The notes under the pieces are model-generated. The model saw only the letters and a list, made by a program, of their open reading frames with translations. It was not told where the DNA came from and did not search any database. Positions 1 to 9,112 of a stretch of 64,000 nucleotides of DNA are shown in pieces. Within the stretch, counting starts at the first letter, position 1. Each line of letters begins with the position of its first letter. A program made the translations under genes and the position numbers. Origin of the DNA: Scyliorhinus canicula (Eukaryota); contig NC_052161.1 of NCBI RefSeq assembly GCF_902713615.1, positions 126,378,678 through 126,442,677 of the forward strand, read 5' to 3'.

Positions 1-1174
1 CTCAGTCTTCTTCTCAGCTCGGTCTGTCTTTACTGAAAATATTACTGGTACCTTTAATCTCAGTCCTCTTGGAAACGTCTCTTTAGTTTTTTTTTATAAA
101 CAATTTGAATTAGGTATTTTGGGCATTACAAACAGCAACAGTACAAAAACAAACATAGTGCAATCACCGACTCTCATCCCGCCAAGACCCGCCAAATTGA
201 CCCCCTATTCTACACTACCCTAACCACCCACCCCCCTCCCCCTGCTGACGATTAATTCTCTGCGAAGAAGTCGATGAACGGTTGCCACCTCCGGGCGAAC
301 CCTAACAGTGACCCTCTCAACGCGAACTTAATCTTCTCTCGGCCGAGAAAGCTCGCCATGTCAGTTAACCAGGTCTCCGACTCCGGGGGCTTTGAGTCCC
401 TCCAAGCTAGCAGTATCCATCTCCGGGCTACCAGGGAAGCAAAGGCCAGAACATCTGCCTCTTTCTCCTCCTGGATTCCCGTGTCTTCCGACACTCCAAA
501 ATCGCCACCTCGGGACTCATTGCCACCCTTGTTTTCAATACTCTGGACATGACGTCCGCAAACCTCTGCCAAAATCAATTTTGGACATGCCCAGAACATG
601 TGGACATGGTTCGCTAGTCCTCCCGCACATTTTACACACCTGTCCTACACCCTAAAGAATCTACTCATCCGGGGAAACATCTCTTTAGTTGTCTTGTTTC
701 CTTAACTCACTGATCTTCAGATAGCCATGCTTATTTTTTTTCACCATTACTCCATGGTTTGGCTTTTGTTCCAGCAAAGCTGAGAGAGATGTTCCCTCTC
801 TGAACCAACTGGTTCTAACAGAGTTGTGAGAGCTGCCTTCTGTCTCACTACCTATCTTCAAATGCAATCAAATTGGCTGGCTAAAACCTAAAGCTACTTG
901 ACCTTACAAGGCCCCAGTTGCTAAGCAACACTCACATGCGTATGCCATTTATTTATTCTTCCTGCCGTAGACCGCTCTAAGCACAATAGAGACACAGTTA
1001 GAACTTAACCAACCCCCACACATAAAATCACCTTTGCCCAGCATGAATCTAACTGTAGGTTTTACCCTTCCTGGCACAGAAACATTAAATTAAACACACT
1101 TAAAACTATATCTCATTTCTAAGGTTTACCAATACAAATATAAATCCCTTAAAACTTCCTTTATTTTCCTCACA
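1..1174 (-). repeat. possible LTR-like host sequence interrupted by the L1
   Basis: Minus strand begins TGTGAGG at 1174; non-coding, LTR-like composition. The other end is outside the window, so this is unverified. Confidence 0.25.
89..672 (-). mobile_element. 5'-truncated L1/Tx1-type LINE (ORF2 C-terminus, 3' UTR, A tail)
   Basis: Minus ORF 252-599 (HMFWACPKL...VARRWILLAWR...WLTDM...EKIKFALRGS...RWQPF) resembles the vertebrate L1 ORF2 C-terminus. T-run at ~87-95. 18-bp target-site duplication ggaaac(g/a)tctctttagtt at 71-88 and 673-690. Confidence 0.8.
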
Positions 1175-1341
1175 AAAGTTAGTGAGGAGATGGGTAAAGG
1201 CCTATTTACTTGGTCAATTGGGTGCCTGATATGTTAAAAAAAAATGCACCGCCTTTCATTAGAGTTTCCATACTATGGGTTGGAGGGTGTTGGTTGAGTA
1301 AAGGACTGTATTCAGTTGTGATAAACCACACTGTCCAATAT

Positions 1342-1517
1342 AAAAAAAAATCACTTATTGTCACTAGTAGGCTTCAATGAAGTTACTGTGAAAAGCCCCT
1401 AGTCGCCACATTCCGGCGCCTGTCCAGGGAGGCTGGTACGGGAATCGAACCGTGCCGCTGGCCTGCTTGGTCTGCTTTCAAAGCCAGCGATTTAGCCCAG
1501 TGAGCTAAACCAGCCCC
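1342..1517 (-). mobile_element. short tRNA-derived SINE (GGGGCTGGTTTAGC head family)
   Basis: Pol III A-box-like TAGCTCACTGGG and B-box GGTTCGATTCC on minus. Near-identical copies at ~21861-22030, 61432-61620 and 62103-62278. Confidence 0.8.
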
Positions 1518-1942
1518 TTTATCCAGCTCGAACCTCAGTGATAACCACAACCTTCGGGTGTACTGTTTCTGTGGTTTGAGACCAGGCCTGTTTTATTAGA
1601 CTGGGGGGAAAATTCAAGAATCTCCACTCTGAGTCCACTCCCAACAGTGGAGCTGTCACAACCTGGTAGATCTCAGCTGAGGTAGCAGTAAGTCCAGCAT
1701 CACCACTGAATCCAGTGCAGTCAAGGTATAATCTTCAACTTGGTTAACTTTGTTGACAAGGGAATAAAGTCAATTACCCCATTATACAATTAAGGCATAA
1801 AAGTGTTGAGTATAGATGTGAAATGCGTGCCAGAGAGTGTTTTAAGGCTAGTCTTTAGATTTAAAGTGACAATTTCACCATGAAGAGAGAAACAGAGTTG
1901 TTTTTTTTTAAATTTAGAGTACCCAATTAATTTTTTTCTAAT

Positions 1943-2193
1943 TGTAGTTGTCACCACTGATGTATGTATTGTATATATAGAATGTATATATAGGTGCTTT
2001 ACGGTAAGGCCCCTGTACTACAGGTACGGGGGTAGATCCCTGCCTCCTGGCTCCACCCAGTAGGCAGAGTATAAAAATGTGTGCTCCCCGTACAGCAGCC
2101 ATTTTGTCAGCTACTGTAGGAGGCCACACATCTCAGTGTAATAAAGCCTCAATTACATCCTACTCTCGTCTTTGCGTAATTGATTGTGCATCA
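1943..2193 (+). repeat. 5' LTR
   Basis: TG...CA termini, TATAAAA at 2070, AATAAA at 2140-2145; direct repeat of 6002-6258 with roughly 20 differences by eye. Confidence 0.93.
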
Positions 2194-2194
2194 A

Positions 2195-2208
2195 TTTATT
2201 ACACTGAG
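2195..2208 (+). promoter_or_regulatory. non-tRNA primer-binding-site-like element, complementary to LTR 2132-2145
   Basis: tttattacactgag lies 1 nt after the LTR end and is the exact reverse complement of ctcagtgtaataaa. No TGG (anti-CCA) start. Confidence 0.7.
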
Positions 2209-2217
2209 TTTTCAGAG

Positions 2218-2860
2218 ATGGACCTCCGCATCAAGCCGGATCACCTGCAGCTGCATCCTCAAGCAGACAACGCCAAAAAGGACTTTGAACATTGGCTAGC
2301 CTGTTTCGAAGCGTTGGGTCTACGCCAGACACCTCCTCTCCACGCGGCGTCAACTTCCCAGTGAGTCAGTGGAAGATTTCAGGCGTGCCTTGCTCCCCCT
2401 AGTTAGAGACTGTGACTGTCCGGCCATTTCAGCCACAGAACCATCGAATTTGCTAATGAGCGACGCATTTGTTACGGGCATAGGGTCTGACTACATCCGC
2501 CAGCGCCTGCTAGAAGGGGCCACGCTCGACCTCGCGGCGACCAAAAACCTAGCGCTCTCACGGTCGCATCACGCAACATTCAGGCCTATTCCCCCGGCTG
2601 CGCGGCCCACCCCTCCTGTGCATCGTGGACTCCGCAGACGGCCGCCCCAGCGTGGACCCCATCAGCGACAGCCTTCATCCAACCCCACGCCTGTGCCGTG
2701 CGGCAGGTAACCAACCCCGGGGGGCCCAAATGCTACTTCTGTGGGCTGTCAAAATACCCCCGACAGCGCTGCCCGGAGTGGAGCGCACTCTGAAAGGCCT
2801 GTGGCAAGAAGCAACATTTCGCTGCAGTGTGCCAGGCCCGCTCAATCACCGCTATTGTCC
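2218..2860 (+). pseudogene. gag: gag remnant (internal deletion, frameshifts, two CCHC-type knuckles)
   Basis: MDLRIKPDHL...FEHWLACFEA; YARHLLSTRRQ..ESVEDF; DAFVTGIGSDYIRQRLLE; CYFCG...C and *KACGKKQHFAAVC with a TGA at 2791. Confidence 0.8.
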
Positions 2861-3099
2861 CGGCACCCCCCACGTGCGGCCAGTGGATGCCGCCATCTTG
2901 CTCGACTCGCAACACGTGTGGCCCGTGGACGCTGCCATCCTGTTCCTCCCAGGACCAACGGGCACAGCCCAGCCATCTTGCCTTCCTCACGACACGTGCG
3001 GCTCGTGGGCGCCGCCCTCTTGTCCAACTCAAGACCCCTGCCCGTCGGGCACCTCATCAGGCCGCTCATCGCCTGCAACCGCCGACGACCAGCCGCGTC

Positions 3100-5670
3100 T
3101 CGCCTCGGTCACGATTGACCAGTCTCGACCACACAACCTCGCGACTGCTTCAACTAAAGTGAAGGTCAACGGACATGAGATCTCCTGCCTGCTGGACTCC
3201 GGGAGCAGTGAGAGCTTCATTCACCCCGATACGATAAGGCGCTGCTCCCTCGCGGTACACCCCGCTAACCAGAGAATCTCCCTAGCCTCCAGATCCCACT
3301 CCTTGGCGATCCGGGGGTACTGCATCGCCACCCTCACTGTCCTGGGCGTGGAGTTCAGCGATTTCCGCCTCTACGTCCTCCCCAACCTCTGCACTGCATT
3401 GCTACTCGGCCTGGACTTCCAGTGCAACCTCCAGAGCCTAACCCTGAAATTCGGCGGGCCCCTACCACCCCTTACCGTGTGCAGCCTCGTGACCCTTAAG
3501 TTCGACCCACCTTCCCTTTTTGCAAACCTAACCCCGGATTGCAAACCCGCCGCCACCAGGAACAGACGGTAGAGCACCCAGGACAGGACCTTCATCAGGT
3601 CTGAAGTCCAGCGGCTGCTTCGGGAAGGCATCATCGAAGCCAGCAACAGCCCCTGGAGAGCCCAAGTGGTAGTGGTCAAAACTGGAGAGAAAAACAGGAT
3701 GGTCGTTGACTACAGTCAGACCATCAATCGGTACACGCAGCTCAACGCGTACCCCCTTCCTCGCATATCTGATATGGTCAATCAGATTGCACAGTACCGG
3801 GTCTTCTCAACGATTGACCTTAAATCCGCATACCACCAGCTCCCCATCCGCAAGGCGGACCACCCATACACTGCGTTCGAAGCAGACGGCCACCTTTCCC
3901 ACTTTCTTAGGGTTCCCTTCGGCGTCACCAATGGGGTCTCGGTCTTCCAACGGGAGATGGACCGAATGGTTGGCCGGTACGGACTGCGGGCAACTTTCGC
4001 GTACCTGGACAATGTCACCATCTGCGGCCACGATCAGCAGGACCATGACACCAACCTTGCCAAATTTCTCCAGACCGCCACTCTCCTCAACCTCACGTAT
4101 AACAAGGAGAAGTGCGTGTTCAACACGAACCGCTTAGCCATCCTCGGCTATGTGGTCCGGAACGGAGTTCTGGGTCTCAACCCAGATTGCATGCGCCCCC
4201 TCATGGAACTCCCCCTCCCCCACTGCCCCAAGGCCCTCAAACAATGCCTGGGGTTGTTTTCATATTACACCCAGTGGGTCCCAAACTATGCAGACAAGGC
4301 CCGCCCATTCATCCAATCCACCGTTTTCCCACTGATGGCCGAGGCTCACCAGGCCTTCAACCGTATCAAGGCCGACATCGCCAAGGCCGCGATGCACGCG
4401 GTCGACGAGACGTTACCATTCCAAGTGTAGAGCGATGCATCAGACATCGCTCTGGTCGCCACCCTCAATGAGGCAGGCAGGCCCGTGGCATTCTTTTCCC
4501 GCACCCCCCATGCCTCCGAAATTCGGCACTCCTCTGTCGAAAAAGAGGCCCAAGCCATAGTTGAAGCTGTGCAGCATTGGAGGCATTACCTGGCCGGCAG
4601 GAGATTCACTCTCCTCACTGACCAACGGTCGGTTTCCTTCATATTTAATAACACACAGCGGGGCAAGATCAAAAACAGTAAAATCTTGAGATGGAGGATC
4701 AAGCTCTCCACCTACAACTACGAGATTTTGTATCACCCCGGTAAGCTCAACGAGCCCCCAGACGCCCTATCCCAAGGTACATGTGCCAGCGCACAGGTGG
4801 ACCAACTCCGGACTCTGCACGACAACCTCTGTCACCCAGGGGTCACACGTTTTTACCATTTTCATCAAGGCCCGCAACTTGCCCTACTCCATCGAGGAAG
4901 TCAGGGTGATCACCAGGGACTGCCAGGTCTGTGCGGAGTGCAAACCGCACTTCTACCGGCCAGACCGTGAGCACCTGGTGAAGGCCTCCCGCCCCTTTGA
5001 ACGCCTCAGCGTGGACTTCAAAGGGCCCCTCCGCTCCACCGACCGCAACACATACTTTCTCAGTGTGGTCGATGAATATTCCCGATTCCCCTTTGCCGTC
5101 CCATGCCCCGACATGACGTCTGCCACCGTCATCAAAGCCCTCAACACCATCTTCACTCTGTTCGGTTTCCCCGCCTATGTCCACAGCGACCGGGGATCCT
5201 CATTCATGAGCGATGAGCTGCGCCAGTACCTGCTCAATAGGGGCATTACCTCGAGCAGGACGGCCAGCTACAACCCCAGGGGAAACGGGCAGGTAGAGAG
5301 GGAGAATGGGACGGTCTGGAGGGCTGTCCAGCTGGCCCTATTGTCCAGAAATCTCCCGGCCTCCCGCTGGCAAGTGGTCCTCCCCGACGCACTTCACTCC
5401 ATTCGGTCGCTCCTGTGCACCGCGACTAATGAAACCCCCCATGAATGTCTCTTTGCCTTCCCCAGGAAGTCCACCTCCGGGGTATGGCTCCCAACGTGGC
5501 TGGCGGCTCCAGGGCCCGTTCTCCTCCATAGACACGTTCGACTCCACAAGGCAGACCCATTGGTTGAGAGGATACAGCTACTTCACGCCAACCCGCAGTA
5601 CGCTTACGTAGCGTACCCCGACGGCCGCCAAGACACAGTCTCCCTCAGGGACCTGGCACCAGCTGGTTCC
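3100..5670 (+). pseudogene. pol: pol remnant: protease, reverse transcriptase, RNase H, integrase
   Basis: LLDSGS (Asp codon 3195). RT: VDYSQTIN..IDLKSAYHQ..PFGVTNG..YLDN. RNase H: SDAS..RPVAFFSR..EKEAQAIV..TDQRSV. Integrase: H..H/CQVC, VDFKGP, HSDRGSSF, GQVER. Stops at 3570 and 4428; frameshift near 4850-4862. Confidence 0.92.
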
Positions 5671-5988
5671 ACACACACACACCCCCCTCCGACCCGGCGC
5701 CACCCTCCCTTCTCCCGGCGCCATCCTCCCTTCCCCCGGCGCACCCCACCGCAGGCCCCGCTCTGGGACAATCCGTTCTCCCCTTGCTCACACCCGGGAA
5801 ATAAGAGGATTTCGACACGCTCCCAGAGTCACCGAAGACCAAGCCACCGCCGGAGTCTTCACCAGCACTACGGCGCTCTCGACGACAGATCAAGGCACCG
5901 GACTGCCTCAATTTGTAATATTATCTGTACTTTAAAAACACAATTTCCTGTATATAGTTCTCCACCACCCCCACCGGACTCATTTTTT

Positions 5989-6001
5989 AACAGGGGGTGA
6001 A
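5989..6001 (+). promoter_or_regulatory. polypurine tract
   Basis: aacagggggtgaa directly before the 3' LTR, preceded by a T6 tract. Confidence 0.75.
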
Positions 6002-6258
6002 CGTGGTAGTCACCACTGATATATATATATGTATTGTATATAGAGGATGTTGATACAGGTGCTTTACGGTAAGGCCCCTGTACTGCAGGTACGGGGGTAG
6101 ATCCCTGCCTGTTGGCTCCGCCCAGTAGGCGGAGTATAAATATGTGTGCTCCCTGTACAGCAGCAATTTCGTCAGCTGCTGTAGGAGGCCACACATCTCA
6201 GTGTAATAAAGCCTCGATTACATCCTACTCTCGTCTTTGCGTAATTGATAGTGCATCA
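6002..6258 (+). repeat. 3' LTR
   Basis: Direct repeat of 1943-2193; starts CG (TG mutated), ends gtgcatca. Confidence 0.93.
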
Positions 6259-6519
6259 CCAATTAAGGGGCAATTTAGCGTGGCCAATCCACCTACCCTG
6301 CACATCTTTGGGTTGTGGGGGCGAAACCCAAGAAGACAAGGGGGAGAATGTACAAACTCCACACGGACAGTGACCCAGAGCCGGGATCGAACTTGGGACC
6401 TCAGCGCCCTGAGGCAGCTGTGCTAACCACTGTGCCACCGTGCTGCCCTGACAATTTCACTTGATCGAGAGAGCCATATAATGGGTGCAGGTGGATTGGC
6501 CACACTAAATTGCCCACTA

Positions 6520-6932
6520 GTATCCACGGCCTCCGTACGTTGGCTGAGGGCCGCCCCCTGATGCTCCGCCCCCGACCGGCCGAGTTCTCAATGGCGTGGG
6601 ACACGTGTGGTCTCACCCGTCGGGAACTCGGCGTGGCCGCTGCGGACTCAGTCCAGCGCCGTCACAGACAGGTGAGGGCCGATCCGCGGGCAGGGGGGGG
6701 GGCATATTTTGGGGCTGGGGGCACTGTGGTGGGGCAGTCCGGGTGCGCGAAGCGGCCGAAGGGGGGGAACTATCTCACGGTCCGGGTCCACGAGCTGTAC
6801 CTGCCATGAAGCAGGCTGCAGCCGCTGCAGGCCGCATGCATGGCCACGGATCCGCCAATTCTCCGGGCCGTGAAACACCACCGTTTTCACGCCAGCACGG
6901 GGACTTAGCCTCCAGAACGGAGAATCCAGCCC
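6520..6932. mobile_element. GC-rich non-autonomous TIR element fragment
   Basis: CpG-rich block ending ggagaatccagccc, similar to the terminus at 15412-15424. Confidence 0.4.
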
Positions 6933-7289
6933 CAGGACTCTGGAGGACTCTGATTTTAATTGTTCCAACATTAAGTGGCTTATCGTTCACCTATCAAGGC
7001 CTTAAACTCCCTCCTTCAGCCTCTTCACCTCACTGCCTCATATCTTCCTCCTTTGCAAGATTTAATTAAATATTAGGTAGTCCAAACTTCCCAAAATAAG
7101 CTCGATCTCCTAGATACCAACTCCATCCCTCTTCCTAGCCACCGTCCCAGGTTGATCCAGACTCAGTACCCAATTTAACGCTGAAATGAGCTTCTCTCTA
7201 CTCTCAGACTCCTTGTCTGCTCTTTTTCTCAGTGTTATCCCTCCCTCTCTTATTATCCCTCATTTTTCCTGTCGGGCAAGATTTTTCCA

Positions 7290-8600
7290 GAAATCCCCTC
7301 TCTCTGTCCCCTCTGTCTGCCCACTCTCTCTGTTCCCTCTCTCTAACCCCTCTCTCTACCATTTCTCTACCCCATCTCTGCCCCTTCTCTCTGCCCCTTC
7401 TCTCTGCCCCTTCTCTCTGCCTCCTCTCCCTGCCCCCTCTCCCTCCCCCTCTCCCTCCCCCTCTCTCTGCCTCCTCTCTCTGCCCCTTCTTTCTGCCTCC
7501 TCTCCCTACCCCTTCTCCCTCCCCCTCTCTCTGCCTCCTCTCTCTGTCCCTTTTCTCTGCCTCCTCTCTCTGTCCCTTTTCTCTGCCTCCTGTCTCTGCC
7601 TCCTCTCTCTGTCCCTTTTCTCTGCCTCCTCTCTCTGTCTCCTCTCTCTGTCCCTTTTCTCTGCCTCCTCTCTCTGTCTCCTCTCTCTGCCTCCTCTCTC
7701 TGTCCCTTTTCTCTGCCTCCTCTCTCTGCCTCCTCTCTCTCCCCTATGTCTGCCTCTCTCTCTACCCCTTCTCTCTGCCTCTCTGTGCCCCGTCTCTCTC
7801 TACCCCGTCTCTCTGCCCCGTTTCTCTGCCCTCATCTCTTTGCCCCGTCTCGCTGCCCCCTTTTTTCTGCTCCTGTTTCTCCGCCCCATCTCTGTCTCCT
7901 GTATCTGCCCCTCCCTCTACACCCTCCCTCTGCCCTCTCTCTGCTCCCTCTCGCTTTACCCTTCTCTCTGCCCCCTCTCTCGGTGTCCTCTTCTCTCTAC
8001 CATCTCATTCTGCCCCCTCTCTCTGCCCCCTTCTCTCTGCCATCTCTTTCTGCCCCCTCTCTCTGTCCCCTTCTCTCTGCCATCTCTTTCTGCCCCCTCT
8101 CTCTGTCCCCTTCTCTCTGCCATCTCTTTCTGCCCCCTCTCTCTGCCCCCTTCTCTCTACCATCTCATTCTGCCCCCTCTCTCTGCCCCCTTCTCTCTGC
8201 CATCTCTTTCTGCCCCATCTCTCTGTTCCCTTCTCTCTGCCATCTCTTTCTGCCCCCTCTCTCTGTCCCCTTCTCTCTACCGTCTCATTCTGCCCCCTCT
8301 CTCTGCCCCCTTCTCTCTACCGTCTCTTCCTGCCCCCTCTCTGATTCCTTTTCCCTGCTCTCCCCCGCCCTCAACGGGCTCCTCTCTCTAGCCTTCCCCC
8401 TGCAAGCCTCCTCCCTCAAGCCTATCCCTTTAGCCTCCCCTCTCTAGCCTCCCTCTTTCTCCCTCTCTCTACCCCTCCTCTCTGTCTCTCTCTGCTCGCT
8501 CTCAGCCAAATATCTCTGCCTCCTCTCTCGCTCAGCCCCTTATCTCTCTCCCTCTTCCTTTCTGCCTCCTCTCTCTCTCTCTCTCTCGCTCCGCCCCTTC
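7290..8600 (+). repeat. polypyrimidine (CT-rich) low-complexity tract with ~40-bp tandem subarray at ~7990-8340
   Basis: Almost only C/T on + strand; repeated ctctctgcccc/ttctctctgccatctctttctg units. Confidence 0.9.
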
Positions 8601-9112
8601 TCACACCCCAGAGTGTTCTCTGCTCCACTGTTTGACTGAAGAAAACAAAGCTCCGGACCAGAAGTCTGCAATTATTCCAATAACTGGGAATACCGTCGAC
8701 ACAAATGTCGATTTAACAGAATAGATGGCCCTGTGCCTCAGATCCGGAGATGTGGATATACCTACCCCAGTGCGCCACCCCCCCCTCCCCCACCACCTCT
8801 TAAATCTCACTGCTGCATCAACTGCGACCCAGAACAAAGAAGCGTGCAGCTCAGAGGCCAGCTGTCTTTGTGCTGGAGCTCAGCTCAGCTCCAGCTGTAG
8901 CGATAGGCTTCACTGTGTCACCTTCCACTTCAAAATAGAGGCATCTAGACTCTCGAGCTGCCGGACTCCTCTCTGCTGTTCAACCACCATTGATTTTTGC
9001 GCCCCAGCGGGAAAACAAATCGAACTTTGCTTTGTTTATTTTAGCTATCTTTTTAAATGGTGGGGCTCCACGTAATGTAATTTCCTTTCCTCTATTTTAC
9101 CCATTTGTCTAT

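Larger units (their letters stand above)
1943..6258 (+). mobile_element. Ty3/Gypsy LTR retrotransposon, both LTRs present but coding region decayed
   Basis: Two ~250-bp LTRs; gag-PR-RT-RNaseH-IN domain order; PPT; 5-bp TSD ctaat (1938-1942) / ccaat (6259-6263). Confidence 0.95.
1899..6448 (-). mobile_element. tRNA/V-domain-type SINE split by the LTR element (pieces 1899-1942 and 6259-6448)
   Basis: Joining the two pieces restores the sequence seen intact at 31021-31249 and 32680-32906 (aatttagagtacccaatt...ttttt ccaat taaggggcaatttagcgtggcc). Confidence 0.85.

Noticed and set aside
2218-6000. Active autonomous retrotransposon or endogenous retrovirus
   Set aside because: Stops at 2791, 3570 and 4428, frameshifts and a gag deletion; no env ORF; LTRs already diverged.
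7186-8447. Leu/Ser/Pro-rich ORFs of 233-401 aa
   Set aside because: C/T-only low complexity cannot form stop codons; open in all three frames.
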